From: Chrysomallon squamiferum
Taxonomy: Eukaryota > Animalia > Mollusca
Direction: 5' to 3'
Assembly: GCA_012295275.1 (NCBI GenBank)
Contig: CM022666.1
Location: 12,462,001-12,526,000 of the forward strand
Length of the DNA stretch: 64,000 bases
The translations under genes were made by a program, and so were the position numbers. The notes under the pieces were generated by a model that saw only the letters and a list, made by a program, of their open reading frames with translations, did not search any database and was not told where the DNA came from. Of the stretch, positions 1 to 22,337 are shown piece after piece. Position 1 is the first letter of the stretch. Each line of letters starts with the position of its first letter.

Positions 1-33
1 TGGAGACTGTTCATTGAAAATATCTGTGGAACA

Positions 34-6912
<6,879 letters not shown>

Positions 6913-7149
6913 AAAAGTGATGAGTATTATTTATTTTATTATTATTGTTGTAGTTGTTATTAAATAAATAAATAAAACAGACATGATGTAACTAATGCAT
7001 AAATAAAGTGGATAAAAACACAACCTGTGGTTTGCTTCATATTAGCGTATGACAAGAAGTGTAAGAAAAAATGTACAGTAGCAGTCATGGGTATCTAAAG
7101 CAGAAGGGCTGAATGGGGACAATTTCCTTTGAGTTTTCTACGAAACCCA

Positions 7150-8507
<1,358 letters not shown>

Positions 8508-9063
8508 AGGATGCAGAAACCAAACTGATCGGATTGGCATCAACCAATCAGCGATCCGTACTTGTCAACGTGTTCAAAACGCACTTTTCATGAGAAAGAA
8601 AACAGACACGCCGTTCACATCCAGCCCTTTAATCTAATCTAAAAACAATTTGTATGTTGCAACTAATAAACTAAAATAGTTCAGTTTGCAGGTGTCAGTA
8701 CAAACATATTGGTAAACATAAACGGATTCAAAGAAAATGATTTAAATTCTAAATACTGTATAAAGCTATAAATACGAACAAATGTGTTGTACTTGTTCAG
8801 CAAACGACTTTTTTTGCGTATCATGGTAATTAGCGATTTTCGAATGAATGACTTCGCACCATCCAACTAATTGTTTTCCAGTGCAGAAGCACTTATATCA
8901 TATCCCAACATTTCTGAGTCTATATTCATTGCAGCCATTGCTTAAGTACTCGAAACTTTGTTGTTTTTTAAACAATGACGTCATTTATTGTTTTGAAAGA
9001 AAAGAATAACAACAAGGACAAAAATAATAATAATAGTAACCAATAATAATAATTTCATTTTTA

Positions 9064-9105
<42 letters not shown>

Positions 9106-9241
9106 TACACACACACAGAGAAACACACAAACACAGACACACTTAGGCATGCACAAAAACACACACTAGGACTAAGGTTGTAAAATTGATGAACTTAATA
9201 ATCCATCATTTCAAAGATAAATATTTGTTCGTACAGTGTAA

Positions 9242-9310
<69 letters not shown>

Positions 9311-9753
9311 TTATTATTATTTAGTTCCTATTTTAATTTTTTATTTAATTATTTATTTAATTATATTCTTACTATATATGTACTGAAACCATTGCCAAAT
9401 TATATTATAGTGCGCTTCAGTTTTTTCTGTCTTATCTAGTATCTAATTTGTGGAAACTTATACAGCTGTTGCAATTTTATAATTTAGAAAACCTGATATA
9501 AATTTGTAATCAATGAAATATAAACTCAAAAAACATGTAAACATTTGATTCTGCTTTCATACAAAACTTTAGCAAAACTGTAGCATTTTATAAAGGTTTT
9601 AAAGCATATTCGCTTTTCACTCGTTAGTCGCTAATAAGAAAAACAGAAATATTGTGGCTCATTCAGAATCTTCTTTTCTCCAAAACAAAAAATTTCAAAG
9701 AATATTAACTATATTTTGAAAACACTGAAAAAAAAAAAAGAAAACAAGAAAAA

Positions 9754-9949
9754 GACAAGTAAACAGATGATAACAAAAACCGCAGATTTTCCAGATACCT
9801 ACAAATAATGCATAATACAAATAGGCTTCAATTTTATCAATTCATTCGATGATAAAAGCAGAATAAGGCTATGCTATTTTGAAGGAAAATTTAGTAATGA
9901 TACAAACCTCTGCCATTGTTCCACAGATATTTTCATTGAACAGTCTCCA
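9754..9949 (-). pseudogene. Inverted partial duplicate of the HYR/CCP gene 5' end (5'UTR, exon 1, intron 1, start of exon 2)
   Basis: The reverse complement of 9754-9949 matches 1-197 with only a few substitutions and one indel. ATG GCA GAG at 9916-9908, a 109-nt intron with intact GT/AG, exon 2 from 9798, stop at 9711-9709. Confidence 0.85.
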
Positions 9950-12340
9950 AGCACTGCACTACCTTTAAATCTGTTTCTTTATGTTATAAGATATCTTTGT
10001 AATAAGGAAAGGCGGAATATTTAAAACTCTATACTGAAATTTAAATTAGTCTATAAAAACATTCAGATGTAAAAAGAATATCTTTTATTGCTAAGCAACA
10101 TCTTTAAATTAACTTTAGTATAATATCTATGAAAATGAGAATTTTAATAAGTGTAATATAAATAAAAGATTGTTTAATTTCTTTTTACGGTGTAATTAAA
10201 CCGAATTAATTACAATTATTTTCAAACACATTTTAATACATGTTTATATTAATTTATTTTATTCTTAAAAGACAATTATTTTCTTTGCTAATATTCCTCC
10301 CTGAATGTCTTTTTATTGCAATTATTACATTAAAAAAAATAAAACTATGAAAATGAAAGATAATTTTATTTTAATTAATTTCTCAGCACGTACTCCATAT
10401 TAGATTCATCCTCTTTTAATAACTAAACAGTTACGAACCTAAAGGTCACATAAAAAAGTTAACGAAGGGTGGAGTTTGTGTTTTTTATTTGTTCGGAACA
10501 GAATTAAACACATATTATTATGATATAGTTTTAACTGCGAACCACCGCGAATGAGCTATCCCAGGTGTCAGTGCAAGCAGCCATTTTCTTTTCTTAGATA
10601 GTAGCAGCTAACATGATATAGCTGCTACTTTGTATAATTGTTTTAAGAAACACAGAATACCTTCTCCATAAGCAAACTTTCAAAATCTTAACAATAGAGT
10701 TAACAATTCCATTTGCCTTTTTATATACCTTGACGTGTTTACACCAGACTGACATAATCAGTAAGTTAATTTCATCTGTTTTCGTCAATATGAAAAGATA
10801 ATTACATTTTGCATTATCTCAAGTAATATTCATGTAGATATGTCACTTTTGAAAACAGATTCCCAACCGATGATCCGCGGAAAAGCAAGAAGAAAAAACG
10901 TTTTTTTAAGTTGAACGATTTACTGACACCAGTCATGAGATTCCGAAAAGCAGTTTCTGTGTTAAACCTTTACGTCAGACTAGCTGACAAAACGAAAGGA
11001 CAGAAAGCCAAATCAACAAGACTGTTTTCTACATCTGCCGTACAGTTTCTCTTGTTTTTTTATGAACAGGCAACTCAGTTAAATTTGTTTGTTTTTACGG
11101 ATAGTTAAAGAATTTTATCGTTTTAGTTCGGTGTTGCCTTACTGCCTAAAAACGATGAATTAATGTAAAACTGAGGTAGAATTTTGTGCTAAAAAACATG
11201 ACGATTATATTATAAGACCGAAAAGAGCAAATATCAAATGATTTCACTCTAATAACAAGTTTGACATTATTTTTCAAGAAATGTGGTACATTTTTTTTTT
11301 TTCGTACTTTCTTTTTGTTTTCTTGTTGTAATTTAAAAATCTTAATTATAGAAGTGGATCATACTGTTTTACCCTGATAATAAATCTGTTTTCAACGCTG
11401 AAAACCAAAACAAGGCTGTAGTCATACTGAAATAAATAAATAAAGAAAGAAATGTACTATGGCATAGTCTGTTATGAAATCTGGGTAATAAAAACCATGA
11501 GTGCAAATCTCTGATTAGGTAAAAAATGCTAGCGCGTGTCGCATAACAGAATCTATAATATTATGTTTTAAACTGAATAAAACAGTAACAAAAATAACCT
11601 TACGTAACCACATCATCTCCACTCACACACATATATAAACATAAAAACATTTTTAAAAGAAGATTGGTGAAGAATGAAAATATAAAAATTATCAGGTAAA
11701 GAATGTCAATGATGAAGATGTGAATGACGTATGATGACGACGTCAATAGCAGCAGCAACAACAATTATAATCATTAAACATTATAGTATATGTATATCAT
11801 AATATACACGTTATGATAGTACACACAAGCGTATGTGTTTAAGTTTCTTAAGTAACCTACTTACATAAATACAAACACTCGTGAATGCATTTTACTATTA
11901 AATGTGTATGTATCCATTAGTTATATCAAATGTTTAATGATCTACGTCACGAATGTTAATCATTTATGTAAGAGGTTACAATTATGATAGAAGAAAATTC
12001 TCAAGATACTGTTACCAGTAAAACCTGTGTAATATCACTGATTTTATAGCAGTAGCAATACGTTATCATGTGAAAGGCATGACCTGGTAAACTAAGAACT
12101 AAATAGTGCTGTGAAATATGCTTTACTATGCGAAAGATAAACTTAAGTGTGAGTGGTTTTATTTTTATTTTATTTTGTTTTGTTTTATTTTATTATTATT
12201 ATTAATTATTATTATTTTTTATTTTTTAAATATAATTTATGGCTTGGTCCGTACTTCTTTGATTACGATGACAAAAAAAGAGATTTCCCGAATGCTTGTG
12301 AAAGTTTGTCTGCGTAACACACAGTGAAAACCAGTGTATT

Positions 12341-12364
12341 GTTCTTGGTAACGCAAATAAACAA
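12341..12364 (+). promoter_or_regulatory. Possible RFX X-box-like site plus forkhead site upstream of the CAP-Gly gene
   Basis: GTTCTTGGTAAC (contains the RGYAAC half-site) at 12341-12352 and TAAACA at about 12358-12363, 55-80 bp before the ATG. Confidence 0.35.
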
Positions 12365-12418
12365 CATGAGGGAAAGGGCACCTGCTTAACTAAAAGTGAT
12401 TACGAAACTTGACCGAAA

Positions 12419-12726
12419 ATGGTGCTGCATTCAAACGTGAATGTTGGGCAGCGCGTTGAAGTTTTACTGGATGGCATTATATACAGAGGAATTGTTAGAT
12501 ATAAAGGATGCATCGCAACAAAGAAGGGCGACTGGGTAGGAATTGAGTTTGACTTGCCAGGTACGCTAAACAGATTTGATTTAAAATATTAAGTTTAATA
12601 AGTGTATGTTTAAAACAGTTTCGTTAAACAAGTATATTTTATTGTTCTTACAATATGAGTCTTACCTCTCATACCTGTATATGTATATGTATGTATGTAT
12701 CTATCTATAGACATTTATTGTTGTTG

Positions 12727-12762
<36 letters not shown>

Positions 12763-15077
12763 TTGTGTTTTGAAACAACACCATCTAAAAAGATAAATAA
12801 TAATAAGAAGAAGAAGAAGAAAAGTGAGACAATTCCTAAAGCCTAAATTTTAATGATTTATTGACTATAACAATATAATTAGTTTTAAAAGCAATTAAAA
12901 TAATTATTTTTGATATTTAGTTGGAGACAACTGCGGAATGATTCGTGGACGTTCCTATTTCCAGTGTCGTGATAAACATGGCAAATTTGTCAGATCAAAC
13001 AAAATACGTTTTATTCCTAGTAGCAGATGGTAAATATAAAGTATTTGATAAAATGATTTAAGCTTAAATATATGCATACATATACTGATTGTTTGGAATA
13101 CATTGTCAAAACGTCATTGTATAAGAATATTTCCTAAAACATTAAATGAAATTGAAAAAGGATTTTTATTAAATATTTGTGTGAGTTAAATAAAACACAG
13201 TTTAGTTGCAAATGATTTACTTTGCACTGATATGATCAGTTTGGAATATTATTTTTTTTATTCTTAAAACTTTTAATTTATTATTATTCATTTAAATAAA
13301 TATTACGTATTTATTCTTAATAATAAATTCAGTTTATTGTGTATTTATTCACTTAATATTAAGTATTTATTTGTTCACAAAATTGGATCCTGTGTATTTA
13401 TTCTTTAAAATAAATATTTTCAGTTTAGTAGAATAAATGAATTCTAAGGAAACCCATAATAGATAAATAACAAAAAAAATTTTTATTTCAGTTTATTCAA
13501 CCGATATTTTAGGGTAATTGATGCTGAACCAGTAGATGAAACATTGTTTGACACTCCTAGTAAGTATGTTTATAGGTGATCAAGTTTATAGGTGTACGTA
13601 TAATGATGCAAGTAATTAGTATTTATTGTCTCTAGTTAATGACTGATGAACTCACAACAGTCTAGTGTTGGTCTGCAGCAGGGATTCGTTTATGTTCATA
13701 TTAGGAACATACAAGGATAAAATAAGTGATGAAGAACTGGCAAGAGATGGGACACAGCAACTACATATAAATAATTTTATTAAAAAATTAAAAATCTGAA
13801 GATCTGATTTTTGAAAAAAGTATATATGTTGTATCTACAATAAAAAAAAAAAAATGGACTGATTTTGAAGTCTGCTTATGCAGAAACCCAGTGTTTTCAA
13901 GTAATTATAGAAAGTATTCGTGTAATGCAGGGATCTCTGTGCTCCTCTTATGTGTTTTCCAGTGTATAGCAGGCTGTACATATCTTTAAATGATTAACTT
14001 GCATATTTATCACACATCTAATAATATGGCAGATACCTGATTACCAGTCATACAAGATACGTTGATGTATTTATGTTTGTATTCATTAAACATTTCAAAT
14101 TATGTTTTTGGAATGATTATTAATTATTGATTAAATATAAAAAAATATATATATAGTTCTCCTTGTTTGATCACAGCATTGCTGATACTGTTATTAGAAT
14201 TATTTTGACTTTTATGAGAACTTCAATAAACAAGTCTTAATAGTTATTATGTTTTCACCACTGCTATTTTCAAACAGGGCCAGTAGTAAAAAATGGACCT
14301 TATGATCCTGTTGAAATATCCACAGACCGATTCAGTCGGGTACGAAGTTCTCTAGACTTCCATATTGGTGAGTACTGGTTTTAATTTCTACAGAGTTTGT
14401 CTTAATGGTTAGATTACTCACTTTTCCACAGCAACAATATCCCACTAGAGGTTTACTGCAGTCTTTGCCTGATCAGTTCCTAAAAAGAATACATTAACTA
14501 CCCATTGCTGTTAGTAAATCATCCACAAAATAACAGAATCTGATTTCTTCTGTAAAAATTACCATTACATCAAAAGAAGAAAAGAAATGTACATCAGACA
14601 TTCAGTAAATGAATATATATATAGATATATATATAGAGAGAGAGATATAGATATAGATATAGATATATGAATGTATTGTAAGTAATTTATATCTAAGTTA
14701 ACTGTTCTGAAATGAAGGGAAATTTCCAGTATCATTTTAAATTAAAGTCCATCAAGATTTCTTCTGTTCATTCTAGCTCCACAGTTGTATGTTAAAAACC
14801 ACACATATTTAAAGTGTACTTTATTACTTTCCACTAATTTTCTTCACAGTATCATTTACAGGTACAAAAATAATTAATAATTCTTAGAAAAATACAGGGT
14901 ATAGCACAAATAACATAAGATATATATATATAAGAACTTTTTTACATATTATTCACAAATACATTAAACAAATTATGTGATAGAAAGTTATGCAGTAAGA
15001 AATGATAAAAACAAAAAAAGGGCATTTTACTTTCACCACACATGATATAATAATTCATCAGCTGTAATTCAGAAGTG

Positions 15078-15132
<55 letters not shown>

Positions 15133-15585
15133 TTAATAGCTTATAATACTTTGCAGAGTGCTGTTACCACTTGATTACATTTTTAACTGTTTTCTACATT
15201 TATTAAATCATGTGTTTCCTAACATCATCATTATCTGCGATGTTTGTTTTGTGCAGATCAAGTGTGGCCCATCCACTGTGTTCAGGAGTCACAGAACTTT
15301 CCCCTGCGTCATAGCGTGGGCAACAGAATTCCTGCTGCAACGATGCTGCGACCACAGTCTGCTCGCAAACCGTTTCAGTACACCAGTCGCCCAATCCACA
15401 CAGAGTACAGGGTAGACAGAGACTTTATTCCTAGTCCTTCAATTCCCAAGATACACATGCCATATTTAGCCCTTCGGCGACAAGTCAAACGTGGCTGGGA
15501 AGATAGCCACTATGTGAGAGAAATGTCTGTTCCTACCGGAAGAGACAAAATGAAATTGTTACAGTGGAATGATATATCCGCTTGA
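12419..15585 (+). CDS. CAP-Gly domain protein, 5 exons, 245 aa
   Basis: Exons 12419-12560, 12921-13029, 13492-13559, 14278-14367, 15257-15585 (738 nt, in frame). The translation VGQRVEV...RGIVRYKG...GDWVGIEFDLPVGDNCGMIRGRSYFQCRDKHGKFVR matches the CAP-Gly consensus. Confidence 0.88.
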
Positions 15586-15671
15586 TTTACTGCTTCTGCA
15601 TTCTGTGTAGCAGAAGAATTGTTATTTTAATTTTTTTTTGTGTTAAAATAAACCTTTGGTGGCACAAATAA

Positions 15672-16280
15672 AGAACCAAAATAAATTTTATACAGTCCAA
15701 GTGATTGCTGTATTTTTTGTGTTATAAATCACCATTCTTTGTTAATAATTAAGTATGTCAGTAAAATAGCTAGAACCAAAATACATTTTATACAGTCGAA
15801 ATGATTGCTGTATTTTTTGTGTTATAAATCAACATTTTTTTGTTAATAATTAACTTATGTCAGTAAAATAGCTAGAACCAAAATACATTATATACAGTCC
15901 AAATGATTGCTGTATTTTTTGTGTTATAAATCACCATTCTTTGTTAATAATTAAGTTATGTCAGTAAAATAGCTAGAACCAAAATACATTATATACAGTC
16001 CAAATGATTGCTGTATTTTTTGTGTTATAAATCAACATTTTTGTTAATAATTAAGTTATGTCAGTAAAATAGCTAGAACCAAAATACATTATATACAGTC
16101 CAAATGATTGCTGTATTTTTTGTGTTATAAATCAACATTTTTTTGTTAATAATTAAGTTATGTCAGCAAAATAGCTAGAACCAAAATACATTATATACAG
16201 TCCAAATGTATGCTGTATTTTTTGTGTTATAAATCAACATTTTTTTTGTTAATAATTAAGTTATGTCAGTTAAATAGCTA
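15672..16280 (+). repeat. Tandem minisatellite, ~102-bp unit x 6
   Basis: Unit AGAACCAAAATACATTATATACAGTCCAAATGATTGCTGTATTTTTTGTGTTATAAATCA...GTCAGTAAAATAGCT repeated head to tail, with variable poly-T length. Confidence 0.95.
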
Positions 16281-18503
16281 GCTGGTAAGGATGCTCATAT
16301 CCTGATACTTTTCTGTTTATTCTGACATTGAATTGGTGTTATTTTTTATTTTTCTTATATTTTATTGTTTTAAAAAAAAATCTCCCATAACTAAATAATA
16401 ATAATAATAATAATAATAACACCTAATTATAAAAAAATAATAATACTTTAATAAAAAAAATAACAATAATAAAATAACTAATTAAATATGGTAACATTCA
16501 GTAGTAATTAGAAATAAAAATGACACCAAGTCAGAAAAGCTGCTAATATTCAAACTTACGTGTTGATTTTATTAACATATTTGAAAACACAAATTACGTT
16601 TGTAAAAATTGTTCATATTATAAATTTTTGATGTGGAGAAAGTTTCATATTCTTGTTTACATTTATGAGACTCGTTTTGTAAATAGTTTTACATGTAGAA
16701 AGCAGATCATGAGATGCTGTTTTCCCACTTGTATCATCTTTGACAGATCTCGCTAAATCATTAGAAGGGATATTGTCACTTTATGAATGTACAATATTCT
16801 CTGTACCCTACTGTTAAGAAAGCTGAAACTAATTTTTGCCAAAAGCTGATTTATTGCAATGTTTTGTAGGATAAATCATGAATGGTAATTTCTTGCCCAG
16901 CCAGAGTCCTTACATGATAATGGCCGTCTCTTGAGGAATCTAATTTCATGAACACTTTAATGAATGGTAATGAATATTCAAAGCTTTGAACTGTACTTTT
17001 TTATCATGTAACATGTACTGAAATTCTTGTTTTATGGGGAGAATACATCAGTAGGACTAATGTACTGAAAAGATTAATTCAATCAATTCTTGAAATTTAC
17101 TTAATTTCATTTGCTTGCTTTACACATTAGACTGATTCTGCCTATCATTTTAATGTTTTACTAAAAATCATTGTACCTTAATATCAATATTTTTAAGATG
17201 CAAATGCAAAAATTTCATTAGCTGGATTTTTTTATATATATATTTTTTTTAATGTTTTTGTTGTTTTTCAGCTGTATTAATTAAAACATAATTAAGATGT
17301 GAATGTCCATAGGGCTTTGCCAAGACTGTTAGTGTATTTTCATCTCATTTACTTCACTGTGATAAATATTATTTATTGCTGGTTTTTTTAATGGAACTTG
17401 CATTCAGGTTTCACACCTTTCATCCTGATCTCACTAGTTTCTCCGTCTCTTCAAACAAAAATATTGTAAATAAAAGTTTACTTTTTGTTGTTGTGATTTT
17501 TATATTGTTAATTTAAGTTGTTCATTTTACCTTCACAGCATGAATAAAACTTTCAGTGATTTAATAAAATTATTTAATCTTTATGCTTCAAATTTATTTT
17601 GTTCAGTGGCCATCTATGACTAGCTAGGTCCTGTAGGTCATTCATTAACAAGAGAAAAAACTTGCAGCAAGATATATTTAAACTGTAGTCTAACATAAAC
17701 CTCTGATGAGTGGATAATTTGTTTTAATGGTTTCAGCTTTGCCGATGTATCAGTATTTCATTTTATTTCATTTTGCATTTTTGGTTTTAGTAAGTACTCA
17801 ATGCAGGTCTGAAGCAGGTAATTTAAAACAGTGAGCACACCAAAATTGCATATAAAACAATAACAAAAAGACAACACAAAAAATACCACCTTGAAACAAA
17901 GTATTTATTTGTTTTCATTTTCAGTCATTATTTACAGAACTTTTAATAAGCGAAACTAATTAAAAATTTAACACAAAACTTTATAATTGGTACCAGCATC
18001 AGGAGTTTAATTAATAATTACCCTAATCATAATTTTGATTTGAACAGTCACTTTTTTTCTTTTGTAATAGAAATAACACTGTATATTAGGACAGACATAA
18101 TAACACTGTTGTTCTTCGTTTCTGTTAGTGTCAGAATAAACAAAATTTATTCAAAACTGAATTTTAAACAGCAGCATTGTCAACATCTTATCACATTTTA
18201 TTAAACATAATCAAAACTGTTTGTAAGATATTTATTATGTTTTAATCAAATTACATAGAACTTCACCATTACAGTTTTCTCAAACAATAAATAAAAATCA
18301 AAGTTTAATCATGATCCCAATACAGCAAGGTATTCTTGAAGTAAATCTGTAAACATCCACAGTGAAAGGTTCCACCAGTTAGAATTATATACTCTGATTG
18401 GATAAAATTATCAAAAACAATTAACAGTTTCTGCAACGGCCTCTTGCTTTTCCATATTTTCACTGGCTTTGTTCTGCAACAAAAAATAAAAATATAAATT
18501 TAT

Positions 18504-18554
<51 letters not shown>

Positions 18555-19952
18555 TCTGGTTGGTAGATATGCATAGAATATATGTATTTATGTATGTATC
18601 TGTATATACATAAGCATGGAGAAACAGCCAATACAGACACAAATATTTCCACTCATTTTATCAATGTGATATAGCTATATGTTTTGGTTCAGTAGAAATT
18701 TGTTTTTACATGCAAACGTCTACATTGACTTATTCCAAAATTAGCAATGGAGTCTGTAATTTAAAAAATAATAATTTACTGGAAAAATATCTTGGTGAAA
18801 TAAGCAACTTTCATGTAATTTGGAATGTTCACAACAGTTGATTAATGAATCAGTAGTAATAGTATCAGGATATGTTCATTTGTGTGTGTGTGTGAGTAGG
18901 GTAGAGTAGGGTAGAGTTGGGTAAAAGGTGCCATTGGCTTTGTAGCCGAGTGTACATATGAAGTGGAACCAGAAGCTTCATCATAAGATTTGACTTTTGT
19001 CGCAGGTACATTCCTCCTCTTCCACTATACTTTACCTCTAACTATTTAAGTATTTTATGAAATTTCAAATTTTTGACAAATTCGTGTATTTTTTATTCCT
19101 GTTTTAGGTAAAAGAATGGTCAAGAATGGTCATATACTGATAAAGTATTGCAGTGTTAGCAAGGGATCTATTGGCTTTATATTTAATAACTTGTTTTGAT
19201 TTGTGACAGAATAGTTGATGGTGCACTCATAAAATTTTGCATGGGGTAAAAAGCTTCATGGTAGGCCTTTTGCCCCAGGCCTCGCATAAAGGCCCCATTA
19301 CAAGACATCATTCTTTAATAAATGTGAATGTTTTATTATATTGGTTTAATATCACAAATATACAAATTCAATTACTCTGTGCTCAAGATGGGGAAAAGAT
19401 GCTAAATGTGGTATGAAATATTAAGTATTTACCCAACTCTACCTATGTTCTTTTACATATGTGCATTTTCACACACATACTCTCTCTCCCTCCCTCTCTT
19501 TCTCCTTGATAATATTAAAACAACACAAAACCAAAATTTATAAAACTTAGATATTTAACATGGAACACATTCAAATCAATCTTTTCAAAAATTTATAATG
19601 ACAGTTTGAAAAAACAATGACTAAAATTCCACTTTCAAATCACTCTAGCTATGGAACAACATTTTAGATACAAACATAAATAGAAACAAGACAATAAATT
19701 TTACTGATTCATTCTTTGTGAATACAATAAACTGAAGTAAAATGTATGTGATTACCTAACACTGTTGACACAAATGAAGCCACATTGTACATTATTTGCT
19801 AAAGTCAACACAATCAGTGCAACACGTATATACAAACACAGAAAATCTCTTCATGTAATAGTGTATTTTTCTCTGTGTTGCATGTTAGTATCTGTTACTA
19901 AAACAGAATTCTTAGTCTATTTTTCTTTGAACAGTATGTTAGTATCAATTAC

Positions 19953-20279
19953 CTTCATCTAAAATTGAATTTAAAAGTTTTGTAAGCTCAGGTGAACAAG
20001 TGACAACAGGAGACCTACTGCTGGCAGAGTCTGTCCCTGCAGAATGTCCTGGCTTGTCTGATTGGCTTTCTGTTCTCTGAGACATGGCATCTGATTGGAT
20101 GCTAGCAGCCTGAAGGCGTGACTCCAGGTGACCTGCAGGTTTAGCAGGAGTTTTATGTAAATTTGCATTTTGCAAGTTAATAATGCTATCAGACTCTAGC
20201 TGAAGGAAACAGGGTTCCATTACAGCTACTGCTACATAAATAAATAGATTTAGTAACTGCGTCATTAGTTTAGGGGCAA
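19953..20279 (-). CDS. Probable additional 3' exon of RanBP2 (Ser-rich, low complexity)
   Basis: Open frame with a phase-1 acceptor (gtttcag|TT) and a phase-1 donor (GAA G|gtaatt). Compatible with the phase-1 donor at ~22912. No recognisable domain. Confidence 0.4.
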
Positions 20280-21829
20280 CTGAAACAACAAAGAATATAA
20301 AGTGAAATATAAAAAGCAAAGGATCAGTATTAACATGCAGACTGTTTTCTAACTGGTAAAAACTGACAGATTTTTATGTAATGTACATTTGTTTGGTATT
20401 CTGTCTATCTACTTGGACATTATTTCATATAATTCTGACAAATGATACATTCCAATCACATCCAGTAAGTTTTATGTTTCCGTAACAGTTCATTACGTAA
20501 CTCATATTTTGATAAAACTAGTAACTTTGTAAAAACATTTTTGAAAACTGTCAGTTTTTGACCAGGTTAAGGTTCCAAGAACAGAAGCAGGACAATGAAA
20601 TGACTAGCAGTGATATTAAATTGAAAATACTCAAAGAAATCCATTAAAACAGCGATCTGAGAAAAGCTATTATTAGTATTATTTAGTACTACTCATGAAA
20701 TTCTAGAATTATTCTTTTATGTCTATTTTAACATTAGGTGATTTGCATTTTTATTTTTTTCTCTTTTCTTAACAATATTAAAATCTCTGAATTTTCATAA
20801 GACATTTTAATCTCTAATATTCCATTGATGTCTTTTCTAACCTACTCCCTTTCAAGTATGTTACACAAATATCAGCAATTACACTGTGTTCTTCATAATA
20901 ACTTCTATTTTCTTTTATTTCATATGACTTCCTTTCTTAAAAACTTTTTTTTAAATCTGTATTAAAATATGTTATGAAAAATTACAAGCAACAATAATTC
21001 TAATTCTAAAAATAGTGCCAGCTATCTATCATGCAAAGATGAAAAGAAATAATGATAGACTAAAAAAAAAAAAAGAAAGATTTGCAGAACAGACTGTTAC
21101 ATGCTTCCCACACAAATCTTCAGTAGAAATTTATGGTATTTCAAGCACTTCTAAAGACCAGATCCACATGAATTTATGGCTCTCTGACAGTCTGTAATGA
21201 CTGATTTGATGCTTATATATTCACTACCGAGTTCACCTGACTATAATCATGTACAAACTTGTTTTACTGGTAAGAAGAGAATGAAGAACAGGACTTTGGT
21301 AAAAAACCTAACATGTTGCCGTTGTTTTGTTTTTGTTAATATTTTTCTTGTAAATTTATAGATATTTTAAATACCGTAATTTGTACTAAAATTTGATAAA
21401 ACAAAAATGTTGGATGTTTCTAGGTTTTAAGGACCATTGGCAACCAAGAATTATTTTAAGAGTGAGCTAAAATATTTGTCTAAAACATCTTTTATACTTG
21501 ATTATTCAGAAATAAAAAATTAACAACAAAAGGATTTTAAAGTCTATAATTGTTCAGTGTAATACTGATTACTCCTCCAATGTTTTATGTACACATTCAC
21601 ACACAGAGACACACAAATTATCTCTACAGAAAGAATCATACAGTTATTTCACACAAGCAATAGCCCCAAATATGTTTAATACTCAGAATTACCGTATCAT
21701 TACCCTTTCTAATCACAAAACTTTAAATATCTTGTCACAAAACAAAACAAAATGCTTGGCAGAATAAATAACTTCTAAACTAGCTTAAATAGACACCTAA
21801 GCCTTTTTTTTTTTTTTTTTTTTTTTTTT

Positions 21830-22337
21830 GGTCATTCCGTGTCAAATCACCCAATGGGTTAAACCCAACCATCTCAGATTTTTATGAAACTTGGCATGCT
21901 TGTTGACTGGGATCCCACAGCACCAATTCCCAGTGGTGTGGGAGATATGGCCCCCTAAATTTTGAACCCTCATATCTCAGGAACTACTGGGCCAGTCTTC
22001 ATAAAATTGTTGAATAGGCAATATGACCTATGTTATGACCTTGAAATTGACCTTGTAGAGCACGTGACTTGAGATGACCTTTATTGAATTTTAATCTCCC
22101 ACATGTTAACTAAAACATAAAAGTTTCCTAGGTGTAATATTTTTTGTTTAGCAACAATACAGATTTAAAAAATGCACATCCATGAAAATAACACCACTGG
22201 TCCGATTGGCCTAAAATTTCAGATTTGGTGCTGTGGGATCCAAGTCAATAAGTATAAGAAGTTTCGTAAAAATCTGAGACGATCAGGTTAAAATGGGGTT
22301 TTTTTGGAGGGGGGCGTGATTTGACACGGAATTATCC
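21830..22337. mobile_element. Non-autonomous TIR element (MITE) with GG...CC ends, Kolobok-like
   Basis: Left GGTCATTCCGTGTCAAATCA versus right TGATTTGACACGGAATTATCC. Subterminal inverted blocks 21872-21926 and 22226-22279. TSD obscured by poly-T. Confidence 0.7.

Noticed and set aside
8681-8940. Minus-strand ORF-like stretch (MAAMNIDS...*LDGAKSFIRK...)
   Set aside because: Internal stop, no recognisable motif and no clear splice link to the inverted gene copy.
15320-15450. SxIP EB-binding motifs in the CAP-Gly protein tail (NRIP, PSIP)
   Set aside because: Neither fits S/T-x-I/L-P.
15672-16280. CRISPR-like array
   Set aside because: No unique spacers, ~102-bp contiguous units, eukaryotic context and no cas genes.
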